A stretch of DNA of 64,000 nucleotides from Camelus dromedarius. Lineage: Eukaryota. Both the position numbers and the translations under genes were made by a program. The notes under the pieces were generated by a model. That model was not told where the DNA came from and did no database searches. It was given only the letters and a program-made list of their open reading frames with translations. This document shows positions 25,392 to 38,499 of the stretch, in pieces. The stretch lies in NCBI RefSeq assembly GCF_036321535.1, contig NC_087437.1, positions 48,982,001 through 49,046,000 of the forward strand. Reading direction: 5' to 3'. Position 1 is the first letter of the stretch. Every line of letters begins with the position of its first letter.

Positions 25392-28300
25392 TTAGATTCC
25401 ACATATGAGCGATCTCATATGGTATTTTTCTTTCTCTTTCTGGCTTACTTCACTTAGAATGACATTCTCCAGGAGCATCCATGTTGCTGCAAATGGCATT
25501 ATGTTGTTGGTTTTTATGGCTGAGTAGTATTCCATTGTATAAGTATACCACCTCTGCTTTATCCAGTCATCCGTTGATGGACATTTAGGCTGTCTCCATG
25601 TCTTGGCTATTGTAAATAGTGCTGCTATGAACATTGGGGTGCAGGTGTCATCCTGAAGTAGGGTTCCTTCTGGATATATGCCCAGGAGCGGGATTCCTGG
25701 GTCATGTGGTAAGTCTATTCCTAGTCTTTTGAGGAATCTCCATACTGTTTTCTACAGCGGCTGCACCAAACTGCATTCCCACCAGCAGTGTAGGAGGGTT
25801 CCCCTTTCTCCACAGCCTCTCCAGCGTTTGTCATTTGTGGACTTTTGAATGATGGCCATTCTGACTGGTGTGAGGTGATACCTCATTGTAGTTTTGATTT
25901 GCATTTCTCTCATATTAGTGATACTGAGCATTTTTTCATGGGTTTATTGATCATTTGTATGTTCCTTGGACAATTGCTTGTTTATGTCTTTTGCCCATTT
26001 TTGGATTGGGGTGTTTGGTTCTTTCTAAGTCGTATGAGCTGCTTATATATTCTGGAGATCAAGCCTTTTTCGGTTTCATTTGCAAAGATCTTCTCCCATT
26101 CTGTAGTTTGTCTTTTTGTTTTACTTATGGTTTCCTTTGCTGTGCAGAAGCTTGTAAGTTTCATTAGGTCCCATTTGTTTATTCTTGCTTTTATTTCTTC
26201 TAGGAGAAAATTTTTGAGATGTATGTCAGATAATGTTTTGCCTATATTTTCCTCTAGGAGGTTTATTGTATCTTGTCTTATGTTTAAGTCTTTGATCCAT
26301 TTTGAGTTGATTTTTGTGTATGGTGTAAGGGAGTGTTCTAGCTTCATTACATTACATGCTGCTGTCCAGTTTTCCCAACACCATTTGCTGAAGAGACTGT
26401 CTTTATTCCATTGTATATTCTTGCCTCCTTTGTCGAGGATGAGCTGACCAAAAGTTTGTAGGTTCATTTCTGGGCTCTCTATTCTGTTCCATTGGTCTAT
26501 ATGCCTGTTTTTGTACCAATACCATGCTGTCTTGATGACTGTAGCTCTATAGTATTGTCTGAAGTCTAGGAGAGTTATTCCTCCAGCCTCTTTCTTTCTC
26601 TTCAGTAATGCTTTGGCAATTCTAGGTCTTTGATGGTTCCATATAAATTTTATTATGATTTGTTCTAGTTCTGTGAAATATGTCCTAGGTAATTGGATAG
26701 GGATTGCATTAAATCTGTAGATTGCCTTGGGCAGTGTGACTATTTTAACATTGATTCTTGCAATCCAAGAGCATGGGATATCTTTCCACTTTTTAAAGTC
26801 TTCTTTAATTTCCTTCATCAATGGTTTATAGTTTTCTGTGTATAATTCTTTCACCTCCTTGGTTAGATTTATTCCCAGATATTTTATTACTTTGGGTGCT
26901 ATTTTAAAGGGGATTGTTTCTTTACTTTCTTTTTCTGTTGATTCATCATTAGTGTAAAGAAATGCCACTGATTTTTGAACGTTAATCTTGTAACCTGCTA
27001 CCTTGCTGAATTCTTCGATCAGCTCTACTAGTTTTTGTGTGGACTTTTTAGGGTTTTCTGTATATAGTAACATGTCATCAGCAGATAGTGACACTTTTAC
27101 CTCTTTTTTTCCAATTTGGATCCCTTTTATTTCCCTCTCTTGCCTGATTGCTGTGGCTAGGACTTCCAAGACTATGTTGAATAGGAGTGGTGATAGTGGG
27201 CATCCTTGTCTTGTCCTAGATTTTAGTGGGAAGGTTTTGAGTTTTTCACCATTGAGTACTATGCTGGCTGTAGGTTTGTCATATATAGCTTTTATGATAT
27301 TGAGATATGTTCCCTCTATACCCACTTTGGTGAGAGTGTTTATCATAAATGGGTGTTGAATTTTATCAAATGCTTTTTCTGCATTGATTGAGATGATCAT
27401 GTGGTTTTTGTCCTTTCTCTTGTTGATGTGATGTATTACATTGATTGATTTGTGTATGTTGAACCACCCTTGTGTCCCTGGAATGAACCCCACTTGGTCA
27501 TGATGTACGATCTTTTTTATGTGTTGTTGGATTTTATTTGCTAATATTTTGGTGAGGATTTTGGCATCTATGTTCATCAGTAATATTGGCCTATAATTCT
27601 CTTTTTTTGGTAGTGTCTTTGCCTGGTTTTGGTATCAGGGTGATGGTGGCTTCATAGAATGAGTTTGAGAGTATTCCCTCCTTTTCAGTCTTCTGGAAGA
27701 GTTTGAGAAGGACTGGTATGAGTTCTTCTTTGTATGTTTGGTAGAATTCCCCGGTGAAGCTGTCCGGTCCTGGACTGTTATTTGTAGGCAGGTTTTTTTT
27801 TATTGCTATTTCAATTTCATTTCTAGTGATCAGTTTGTTCAAGTGGTCAGTTTCTTCTTGATTCAGTCTTGGTGGACAGTATGTTTCCAGAAACTTGCTC
27901 ATCTCCTCTAGGTTATCCAGTTTGGTTACTTACAGTTTTTCATAATATTCTCATATGATATTCTGTATTTCTATTTTATTTGTTGTAATTTCTCCATTTT
28001 CCTTACTTATTTTTCTGATTTGTTCTCTCTCTTTTTTTCTTCTTTGTGAGTTTGGCCAGAGGTTTGTCGATTTTATTTACTTTTTCAAAAAACCAGCTTT
28101 TGGTTTGATTGACTTTTCTATGTTTTTTTTAATCTCTATTTTATTTATTTCCTCCCTGATCTTTATAACTTCCTTCCTTCTGCTTCCTTTTGGGGTTTTT
28201 TGTTCTTTTTCTAGTTCTTTTAGTTGGTGGGTTAAATTGTTTGAGATTGTTCTTCTTTTTTGAGGAAGGCCTGTATGGCTATAAACTTCCCTCTTAGCAC

Positions 28301-29171
28301 TGCTTTTGCTATGTCCCATAAATTTTGTGTTGTTATGCTTTCATTTTCATTTGTCTCAAGGTATTTTTTAATTTCAGCTTTGATTTCCTCATTGACCCAT
28401 TGGTTTTTTGATAGCATATTGTTTAATCTCCATGCTTTCCTTTTTTTCTCCTTTGTTTCTCTGTTGTTGATTTCTAGTTTCATGGCATTGTGGTCAGTAA
28501 AGATGCTTGAGATAATTTCTATCTTAAAATTGTTGAGGTTTCTTTGTGCCCAAGTACATGATCAATCCTAGAAAATGTTCCATGTGCACTTGAAAAGAAT
28601 GTATGTCCTACTTTTGGGGGGTGTAATGCTCTGAAAATATCTACCAAGTTTAATTTTTCTATTGTATTATTTAATTTCTCTGTTGCCTTATTTATTTCCT
28701 GTCTGGAAGATCTGTCTAGTGATGTTAATGTGGTGTTAAAATCTCCATTTATGATTGTATTCCCATCAACATCCCTCTTTATCTCTGTTAGTAATTGTTT
28801 TATGTATTTAGGTCCTCCTATATTGGGTGCATATATATTAAGGAGTGTAATATCCTCATCTTGTATCACTCCTTTAATCATTATAAAATGTCCTTCTTTA
28901 TCTTTCTTTATGGCCTTTGTTTTAAAGTCTATTTTGTCTGAAATCAGTACTACAACACCTGCTTTTTTGGTTTTTCCATTTGCATGGAATATCCTTTTCC
29001 ATCCTTTCACTCTCAACCTCTATGTGTCCTTCTCCGTAAAGGGGGTCTCTTGTATGCAGCATATTGAAGGGTCTTGCTTTATTATCCAGCCTACCACTCT
29101 ATGTCTTTTGACTGAGCATTTAGTCCATTAACATTTACAGTAATTAATGATAGATGTGTGTTTATTGCCAT
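25392..29171 (-). pseudogene. L1 ORF2 (APE endonuclease / reverse transcriptase), frameshifted
   Basis: Starts ATGGCAATAAAC at 29171. EN motifs (NIYAPN, GDFNT, FSRIDH), RT motifs ([15 protein letters not shown] in place of FADD, KYLG), C-terminus MPFAATW. Split into at least 6 ORF pieces. Confidence 0.96.
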
Positions 29172-29553
29172 TTTGAACTTATCTTTGCAGTTGATTTGGT
29201 ATTTCCACTTTGTTCCTTTCTTCTTCCTTTTGTGGTTTGGTAATCTTCCTTTGTATTATCATGGATTTTATTTAGTTTTTGTGACTCCCTTGTAAGTTTT
29301 TAGCTTGTGGTTATCTTTTTCTATTAGTCCAAAGTCTATTAGTCCATTACTATATCTTGAACCCATCCTACTGAAAATAAAATATTTAACAAATAAAGAA
29401 AAAAAAAAAAACCCTATGTTTTCTTGCTTCCCTCTCCCACTCCTAATGATTTAGATCTCTTCTTTTACAATTTCATGTTTATTTGTAATTCATGAGTTAT
29501 CACCTTTCCAGTTATGAGTTTCTCATTTCTGTAGCATCCTGCTGCTTTTCTAT

Positions 29554-30456
29554 TTAGAGTAGACTTTTCAATATTTCTTTTAGCGTGGGTTTAGCGTTGC
29601 TAAACTCTTTTAGTTTTTGCTTGTCTGTGAAATTCTTTATCTCTCCTTCTATCCTAAAGGATAGCCTTGCTGGATAAAGTATCCTAGGCTGCATCTTTTC
29701 TTCATTCAGGACCTTGAATATATCTTGTCACTCCCTTCTGGCCTGTAGTGTTTGTGTAGAGAAATCAGCTGAGAGCCTTATGAGGGTTCCCTTGTAACTT
29801 ACTCTTTGCTTTTCTCTTCCTGCCTTTAGGATCATTTCTTTATCCTTGACTCTGGCCATCTTGATTATGATATGTCTTGGTGTGGGTCTGTTTGGGTTCT
29901 TCCTGTTTGGGACCCTTTGAACTTCCTGTACTTGGATATTTGATTCCTTCTTTAAGTTTGGGAAGTTTTCATTCATGATTTCTTCAAAAACCTTTTCAAT
30001 CCCCTTTGTTCTTTTTTCCCCTTCTGGGACCCCTATTATGTGAAGATTGGCATGCTTTATATTATCCCATAGGTCCCTTATGTTGCTTTCATTTGTTTTT
30101 ATTTGTTTATCTTGCAGTTGTTCTAATTGGGTGCTTTCTGTTGTCTTGTCTTCTAGGTCACTAATTCGTTCCTCTGCATTATCTACTCTGCTTTGCACAG
30201 CCTTTAGATCTGTTCTCATCTCAGCCAGTGAATTTAGCAGTTCTACTTGGCTCTTGTTTATAGCTTCAATTTCATTTTTAACATGTTTTATATCTCTAAA
30301 CACGATCTCTTTTAATTCCTTCAATACTTTGATCACTCCTGTTTTTAAATCTTGATCTAGTAGACTATCAATGCCTATTTCATTGATTGTTCTTTCAGGG
30401 GATTTCTCTTGTTCTTTTAATTGTGAATGGTTTCTCTGCTTCTTCATCTTGCTCAT
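29554..30456 (-). pseudogene. L1 ORF1 (300 aa) with one nonsense codon
   Basis: MSKMKKQRN...ARRE*; the frame continues QDIFKVLNEEKMQPRILYPARLSF...KSLL* to 29554. The TGA at 29728-29730 replaces the usual Trp of ARREW. Confidence 0.95.
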
Positions 30457-30640
30457 ATCTCTCTGGCACTGTGGCTTATGGAGTATCAGTTATCTATTGT
30501 GGTCCTTAAAGGAGTTCATTTATTTATCTATTTAATGCCTATGTAGGAATAAAACTTCAAAAATAAAAAAAAAGGAGAGAGAGAAAGAGAATTTTAAAAG
30601 AAGGGAGAAAAAAAGTTTGTTTTTTTTTTTTTTACAAATG

Positions 30641-31375
30641 TTTAGAAAGTGGAAATTACAAAGGTAATAGAAAAGAGAACAGATTAAAAAAAGATAAAAT
30701 AGAGAATTTTGAGAAGGGAGGAAGAAAAGGTTTGAAAACAATGTATAATCAATTATAGAAGAGCAATTTGAGTCAGACTAGCATTCGAGTTGAGACATCT
30801 TTTTAAAAACCCTTAAAAGAAAGGAAAAAAGATCAAAAAAAGATATTTGAAACCTATTTATAATCAATAATAGGAGATGAAACCCAAAAGAAATGAAAAT
30901 GAAATCAGGTGGATTTTAAAAAATAATAATAATATAACTACTTTAAATGAAAAAGTTTAAAGGAATTAAAACTAGAAGCATATACAATTGTTTAGAAAGT
31001 AGAAATTAAAAATGTAATAAAAATAGAACAGATTAAAAAAATTTATGATAAAGAGAGAATTTTGAAAAAGGGGAGAAAAAAGTTGAAAACAGTGTATAAT
31101 GAATAATTGAAGAGCAATTTGAAGCAGAATAGCAATCAGGTGGAGACGTCTCTTAAAAACCTTAAAAAAATGAGAAAAGAGGAAAAAATATTTGAAACCT
31201 GTGTATAATCAATAACAGGAGATCAAAACCAAGAGAGAAAAATGACATGGATTTTTTAAAAATAATATTATTTAAAAAAATTTTAAAGGGATTAAAACTG
31301 GGAGGATATATAATTTTTTAAAAAGTAAAAATTGAAAAGGTAATAGAAAATACAACAGGTAAAAACAGATTAAAA
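30641..31375. repeat. ~350/326-bp degenerate tandem repeat (about 2.2 copies) in the L1 5'UTR
   Basis: ttta(g/a)aaagt..aaatt..aa..gtaata unit starts at 30641, 30991 and 31317. Shared internal motifs gaagagcaatttga and atatttgaaacct. Confidence 0.85.
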
Positions 31376-31399
31376 AGGGGGGGGGGGTGTTCTCCTGGA

Positions 31400-32590
31400 G
31401 ACTGTGTGTTCTTAATGAGAAGTCTTTCTGTCTTCGCCCTGTTTGGCGAACTCAGCTTGCTGTTTCCAGAGGCCCTCTGTTGGCACCCTTGTCTGTGCTG
31501 CTCCCAGTGCCTGTTGGCAAGCAGATCGCGCCCCCCACCCCAAGCACAGCGTTCCTGCAGGAAAGGCGGGGGGCCACCCACCGTCTCCTGGCACCGGTGG
31601 CTCCGCGGCTCCGTGGCGCTGTGCGCTCTGCCTTGCCTCGGGGCGGGGGGCCGCCCGCCATCTCTTGGCGCCGGTCGCTCCAAAGCTCTGTTCTGCTGTG
31701 CTCCGCCCCGGGTTGGTGCTCCGCAGGCAGCCCCAGGAAGACCACCGAACAGCCCCGCCCCTGCTCCGTGTCCAAACTCAGCTCCTTGTTTGTCCTGGAG
31801 GCGCGAACTTTGCGAGGCACCAGGGCGGAAGGATCCTATCTGACTCAGGCTGCAAACAAGTCGCTGGCCTTTGAGGCTGCCCAGCCCCCAGGCTTGGATT
31901 CAGGTTTCGCCCCCGCCCCCACCTGGGTGCCAAGCGCCAGAGGATATGGTGGCCGCGCCTGAGCCCCGCCTCTCGTCTCCGAAAACCTTCCGTGGGTTTT
32001 CAGAGATGGGGGTATGTATCCTTCCCCCCAGGGCACATCAGCCCTGCTGTTTCATGGAGGGCCCAGGTTGTTCTGCCATGTGCACCCACTCATCCACCTT
32101 GCGCAGCCCCTTGCAGTCCCCTGGGGCTACCTCAGTGCGGCTGTCCTCGTCCCCCGCAAGCTGGGGCAGCCTTTCTCAGCCCCCAGCTCCTGGCTCGGGT
32201 CTCGGGCTGGGTGTCGCAGGGACCCTCTGTGCCCGTTTAACTTAGTTCTATAGGTCAAGCGCTACTCCGTACAGATCCGAGCCTCAGAGGCTCCCCCTCC
32301 GTCCAGCTGGCCTCTCCGTTGGAGAGGGGGAGACCCAGCGAACGAGCGCAAGTTGTTCTTTCCCGCTCCCTCCACATGGGACCGGTCCCACACTGTTTTG
32401 CTTTTTCATCTTTCTTTTTTTCCTTTCTCCTACCAGATTTTTGGCATCTTTGTCTTTTGAAGAGGACAGTGTTCTGTGGGAGTTCCACAGGTGTTCTGGT
32501 TGGCTGGTCCGTGGATGTGAGTCTTGGTGTATCTGTGGGAGAGGGTGAGCTACCAGTGTCCTACTACTCCGCCATCTTGGCCTCCTCTCC
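31400..32590 (-). promoter_or_regulatory. L1 internal promoter, CpG-rich, with YY1 motif
   Basis: The only long GC/CpG-rich tract in the window. YY1 consensus ccgccatctt at 32569-32578, next to the L1 5' end. Confidence 0.8.
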
Positions 32591-32700
32591 TGGAGGTGAG
32601 GCTTTTGAGAGGTAATTAGGTTTCAATGAGGTCATGAAGGTGGAGCCTCCATGATGGGGTTAGTGCCCTTATTGGAAGAGGAAGGACCATGAGAGTTTGC
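32591..32700 (+). mobile_element. MLT1A-like LTR, right part
   Basis: gagaggtaattagg...gaggtcatgaaggtggagcctccatgatggggttagtgcccttat, collinear with the LTR at 15742. Confidence 0.85.
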
Positions 32701-32809
32701 TCTTTCCATAAATTGTCTATTTCCCCTGCTAGAATTGAAACTCTAAGGAGACCAGAGCTTCATTTATGTTGCTTAGTGCTGTATCTCTATCATCTAAAAT
32801 GGTTGTAAT

Positions 32810-33035
32810 CATACCACCTAACACTTACTGAATGCTTACTTTATGCATTTCATACACTTGCTCTCATTAAATGCTTGAAACAACTTTATAAAGTGGATAC
32901 TATCAGTATCCCCATTTTACAGGTTAGGAAACAGAGAGAGAGGTTGGATTAATTGCCCTAAACCACACACTACTGTGAGGGAGCCATGCTTTGAGGACTG
33001 GCAGTCTGATTGGACTTCTGCTTTTGATCACTGAG
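32810..33035 (-). mobile_element. MIR
   Basis: cccattttacaggttaggaaacagagagagagg. Confidence 0.75.
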
Positions 33036-33819
33036 TTAGGCACTTAGTTAAAGGTCAAGAAGAGACATGCCTGGATCCAATGAAGAAAAGTCCATGGCAT
33101 CTTCAGATCCTGAACTTCTGGCTAGATACAGAAACAGATGCAGCTTTGGGTTGTTTTTCTTGGAGGAGGAGTGAGTGCTTTCCTTTCCCGTATGTGTATA
33201 TGTGTGCATGTGATATAGTTGTGTTATAATAGGTGTGTGTCCACTGGTGTAGAGTGCAGTGGACTTTGGCGGTTTTTATCTGCCCAGTACACCTTCCTCT
33301 TTTCTTCAGGTGGTTAGCCTCCCCTTTGCTTTAAAGATTCTTCCCTCTCAACACACCCTCTAATCAGAACAAGCTGATCCTCTTGCTTATGTGGGTCTGT
33401 ATATCAGAGCCTTTCCCCGGGATTCTTATGTACTGGAATAGAAAGAGAAACCCTCTCTTTTGTTCTCCTGCATAAGTGCATTTGGATTGGCACTTGAATT
33501 TAGAATTCCATAAAGATAGCAAAGAATTTTTCAATATTGACTGAACCCATGGTTTGGAATAAAATTACAAACAAACCACTGTAGAATTAAGCAAAATTTT
33601 TTGCATTAAAATGCAGTAATTATGCTGGCTCTCATTTTCAATTATCTCATTAAAGCAGTAGGAAAAACACTTAATTGAGTATGGTTTGTCTCCTGGTCCA
33701 GGAGGGACTCCTCTTCTTGTACTGAGTTCTGCCAGTCTTCTGTCAGTTCTGTAGTGCTCCTGTGCCTCACTAGCCTATGCCATGGTTAGTTATTTCCTTT
33801 CATTAGAGCACTTTGTACT

Positions 33820-34308
33820 TGTAGTAGGCTATAGTATGGTTCCACATAGATATCAAGTCTTAATCTCTGGAATCTGTAAATGTTATTTCATTTGGAAAAA
33901 AGGTCTTTGCAGATGAGATTCAGTTGGGGAAACTATCCTGGTTTATCCAGGTGGACCCTAAGTGGCATCATATGTATCTTTATAAGAAGGAGGCAGAGGG
34001 AGATTTTGTACAGAGAAGGTGATGTGAAGACAGAGCAGAGGGAGATTTCAAGATCCTGGCATTGAACACTGAAGTGATATGGCCACAAGTCAAGAGATAT
34101 GCTGGAAGCTCAAGAAGTTGGAAGAGACAAGGAATGGATTCTTCCCTGGAATCTCCGGAGGGCATGCAGCTATGCCAACACCTTGTTTTCAGTCGGATGA
34201 TACTAATCTCAGACTTCTGAGCTTTAGAACTGCAGGGAATGAATTTCTATTGTTTTTAGGCACCACGTATGTGGTAATTTGTTACAGAAGCCATGGGAAA
34301 CTAATACA
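33820..34308 (+). mobile_element. MLT1D/E-like solo LTR
   Basis: tg...ggattcttccctggaatctcc...gtggtaatttgttacag...ctaataca. TSD gtact/gtatt. Confidence 0.88.
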
Positions 34309-34622
34309 GTATTGTTTTTTGATATTTCCTATTTATCCCAGATCCTTTAAATTAAAAATCATTGTCAGTAGTATTATCAAGGTGGCTTTCATTGTCTCCA
34401 GAAATGTTTTGCAAAATGTTGGCTATGGCTGTATTTATTGACTCACATAGTAGTGAAAGTCTTTCCTTTTCTCTCACCTTCCCTTTTGTCCTCTCTCTTA
34501 TCCAAGTACTCTTTGTTCTGGCTCTCTGATGCTTTAGTTTGGTCTATTTCTTTGTTACCTGACCCCTGAGGTATATCAGGAGAGTCATAGTCTCATCCTC
34601 CTGGTTAAAAAAGTAACATTAT

Positions 34623-35192
34623 TGTTGGGAGCCAAACCGATATGGATTTCTCCATTGAGGAGATCTGTGAACATCTTTTATGGCTGCAAAGGCCTGGCAG
34701 TTACTATTAACATTATTTTATGCTCAATACCATATAAGGTACCTTTTCTTCTTGGGATGTCTCAAAACATTTTTGTATACTTAGTAGTGTCAAAAGAAAG
34801 TTCAGAGAGACTTATACTATGTGAATATTTTATTGAGTGAGAAACAAACTGCTAACAGGGAGACCTTGAACAGAAAGTGGTTGGAGCCTGGCTTTGAGTA
34901 GTTACAGATTAGTTTATAAAGCATGAATGAGTAAGCACATTGCTTTCTCTTGTGATTGGTTACTAGAAACTTATATTCCTTTTTACTGGATAAGTTTTCT
35001 TGTTTGTAGCTGATTAGCTAGGAAGCTGGAAAGTCATGCTGTAAGACATGAAGAAAGCCTAGTTCTATTTGTTTAAGGTCAGAGTCAGCGTTTCAGGTAA
35101 ATCAGGACTGTTAAGTTTTGGTTACATGACTATGAGTTTTTGATCTAGTGCTGTAATCAAACAGTGACCTCTGTTTTGGTTTTTCTTTAACA
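34623..35192. mobile_element. Probable ERV solo LTR, family uncertain
   Basis: TG...CA-like ends (tgttggg...ttaaca) and an internal gattggtt CCAAT-type box; no TSD seen. Confidence 0.35.
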
Positions 35193-35199
35193 GAAAATG

Positions 35200-35420
35200 T
35201 GAGTATCTGGAATCAAAGTACCTAAGATTACATTTCAGCTCTTACACTTCTTAATTGTATGACTTTTTGAAAACTACTTATTCTTACCTGTGTAAACCTT
35301 GGTTCTCATCTGTAAAGCATGGTTAGTACTAAGGTTACTGTAAGGATTAAGGGAGTCGATATATGCAAAGCACTTAGACACAGTGTCTGGCACACAGCAG
35401 GGGCTTGACAAATGCTGTTC
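35200..35420 (+). mobile_element. MIR
   Basis: ttctcatctgtaaa...gtaaggattaa...gcaaagcacttagacacagtgtctggcacacag. Confidence 0.8.
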
Positions 35421-35832
35421 TTGTTGTCATCATCATCACCACCAAGACCATTGTCAAAGTCTGATGTGAAGACTGTGCTGTCTCAGCTGTGTTTCTGTCA
35501 GAGCAGGGGTAGTTTCCATCTCTTAATCTCACCGTCTCTTTAACTTGGCTCTCCTGCTGTAAGTGCCAGACCCCAGGCAGGTCATACCTTTCTATTCGCA
35601 CTTGACCAGGAGGAGTTAACCAAAGGCTTTCTTTTTGAGGTGGGTCTTAGTTTTATGAGCCATTATTGTCTGTCAGAAGCAATAATATGGTTGGATTACT
35701 TAAAAGAATATTTGAATTTCTCAACTTCATTTTGTAGGGTACAGGTTCAGACAAAATTTTCATACGTATATATACACATTTATGCAAAATTTTCAACCAC
35801 CTTTGAAATTGAGGAATGACTATGGTTTTTTA

Positions 35833-36640
35833 CATTCATTCATTCATTCATTTAGCAAATACATATTGAATTTCTATTGAGTGCCTGGCTCCTGTGTTAA
35901 GTCCTGGGGGCATAGCAGTGAATGAGACAGGCATGGTTCTTTCCCCATGGAGTTTACAATCTCGTAAAGACAGACTGAAAAATAAGCTAATAAAATAATA
36001 GCAAATTGAGTCAGGTACTATGAGGACCACAACTGAGATTCTCAGATGAAGATAGAGAATGGCAAGGTAACCTGGGGCTGCATGGGTGCCAAGGTAGCTG
36101 GGGAAGGCTCTCTGAGGAGTGGACTTTGAGGGGAAATTGGTAGGATGAGAATGAGTCTGACATAAAAAGAACTGCAGAAAGGACACTCTTCTTTACAAGA
36201 GACTGTAGCATATGTTTACGTGTTATAAGAAGACAAAAAAATACCAGAGTGTCAAGAGGGAAGAGAGCAAGCCTAGGAACTATAGGAGGTGGTTTTATAG
36301 GGAAGAACAGTGCTAGATCATGCAGTAAATGACAAGTTCTGGAAAGGAGTTTGGATTTCATCCTAAATACAGTGGGAAACCTTTGAATGGTTTTAAGCAG
36401 TGGAGTTTTAAGAGGGTTACTCTTATGGCTGTGCGAGGACTGAGGAGGGAGGTGGGCATTGGCGGTTGGTTGACCGGTGCAGACAGAGATAATGTCTCTG
36501 TCTTACAGACATTATCTCTGCCCCAGCAGCCTGTCAGAGACAGATCAGCCATGCTTTTTGGAAGGTAAAATCAAACAGTCTTGTTGATTGATTAAATCTG
36601 GGGGTCTGAGGAAAAGGGAAGGATCAGGAATTATGTTAAT
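35833..36640 (-). mobile_element. L2 3' end
   Basis: (cattc)n tail cattcattcattcatttagcaaatac; ggagtttggatttcatcctaa...gtgggaaacctttgaatggttttaagcag. Confidence 0.82.
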
Positions 36641-37439
36641 GTTTTGAAGTGATCATGACAGAAATATTGGAACTTATCACAGCAGTCATGATTTTTCTTG
36701 TTAGCAAATAATTTTTACCTATAATGTATGCAGTTAGGGTTAGTATATAGCCAATAATATTGTATAGCTATCTGTGTTTCCAGATCAGTTTGATTTTGCT
36801 CTAATACCAAAGTTGTTTCATTGCTTAAATAACTCTGACTTGATTAGTGCCTTTAATAGCCATTAATGTAAATAGAAGTGTTTTAAATTTTGATTAGGAC
36901 AGTTAAACTTTGCTAAATAAGACTGATTGCGAAATTGACTTAAGTGGTTTGAGTTATGTAGCATTTTCAAGGAAATCAATTTTATTTCTTTGAAATTCAT
37001 AGAGCATCTCAATCTAGACTAATACTGCCAAGTTGAGGAGATTCCCATAGGACCTACTTTAATGGTTGATAAGATGGTTTTAATTAGCATTGCAGTATTT
37101 GTAATTTAATGTTTCTATAATTGTTGACATTTTTATTCTCTGGTAGATTAAGCACATCCATATCAGTTTTATTTACATTATTTCCTTGACAAGACCCTTT
37201 TAAAAATAGATACTGCAAATATTATTCTATGTTCAAATTACTCTGATTTCTTATTAGTAGAGTACCAGTAACAGAGCTTTATAGTTTTATAACATCTCAG
37301 TCAATATTTGAATGTCTTCAAGGTATACAACATTAACTAAGTCTGCTTAAGAATTGAAGTTGAGCAGGACTGCAAAGCATTTGTGAGCTTGCTAATCATT
37401 CTGTTATTATCCTGAGTAGACATTTCTTATTTAACATCC

Positions 37440-37980
37440 ATCTATGCAACTGAGGTAGACTAAATTCTCTTCCAGCTAGGTCCTTCACAGCTCTTGACAG
37501 ACATCTAGATAAACTTTGGAACAATACTTGTGTTCCCTTTAATACCCTATTTACCCTTCAACCCAAGTGGTAGTTCAGCCTCTGTCTGAACATTGTAAGT
37601 GTTAAGGATCACCCCTAAATGAGCTCATTCTAATTTTAGATCATGTTAAATCAGACACTTTTTAACATTGATATGAAATTTCTCTCTGTAGCTTTTACTT
37701 GTTAATTTTAGTTTGACTTACAGAGCTATATAGGCCGTGTCTGTTGTCTTTCTTTATAAGAGAATGTATGCATTTGAATCTGCACCCACGTCTAGATTGA
37801 TACCCACCTCTACAGCTCCCCTCACATCTGCATCTCAGTCTGTATCTCTATATCTATCTATGTCTTTAGGATTCTCTGGGATCTCCTCTAGTCCAGGTTA
37901 AATACCTCTATTTCCTTCAGTAGTTCCTCAGCTTAGGTAGTTTTGAGTCCCTTTTCTGAAGACATTTTGTCTTGTGTATC
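37440..37980 (-). mobile_element. L3/CR1 LINE remnant
   Basis: cagcctctgtctgaaca...gaaatttctctctgtagcttttacttgttaattttagtt. Confidence 0.5.
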
Positions 37981-38499
37981 TTCTTTGGGTGGCATTAACT
38001 TAAATAAGAAAGAAAATTTTCCTCTTCTGGAAGGTGTTTTGGTTGACTTTTCTAGTTGCTAAAGCTTTTTTTCCTCATGCTCTTTAGCCTCTGGGGAAAC
38101 AAATGAACATTTTTGGTATCCTCCGTTGGAGAGAGAGCGTTGCCCTGAGTCGGTTCTGGGGCTGTCACCATCAGAAGTTCTGCCACTTCCATTACGTTCA
38201 TGCCTCTGCCATTCTTAGAATTCAGAACTCCCTCACTATGCCTGGTTTGGGGAATCTGACCTTATGGGAACGAGGCTGCTTTTCCTTAACCATGGGACTC
38301 CACAGCCTCTGTGTTTCCCTTCTGAAACACTCTAGCAGGATATCTGTAGGCCTAGGGTTTTGAAAACAAAGCCCTGTTTAGGATGGTTTGAGGGTGGCCC
38401 ACCCCATCTGGCTCTTCTCCTTTTTACCAGAAAAGTTGCTTAACTCCCCTTAGGCCAAGGCAAGTCCAAGTTTGAAGGACATAAAGTGTTAGCTGACAA

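Larger units (their letters stand above)
25078..32590 (-). mobile_element. Full-length LINE-1 (~7.5 kb), inactivated
   Basis: Perfect 16-bp TSD tggaggtgaggctttt (25062-25077 and 32591-32606), poly(T) tail on +, TTTT/GA endonuclease-type site, CpG-rich 5'UTR, ORF1 and ORF2. Confidence 0.98.

Noticed and set aside
25982..27577. 531-aa reverse transcriptase ORF as a novel RT system or domesticated gene
   Set aside because: It is an ordinary frameshift-bounded piece of L1 ORF2 inside a TSD-flanked element, with an altered catalytic motif.
31318..32488. Cluster of overlapping ORFs and a CpG island suggesting a host gene promoter
   Set aside because: Lies entirely in the GC-rich L1 5'UTR; long ORFs are expected where stop codons are scarce.
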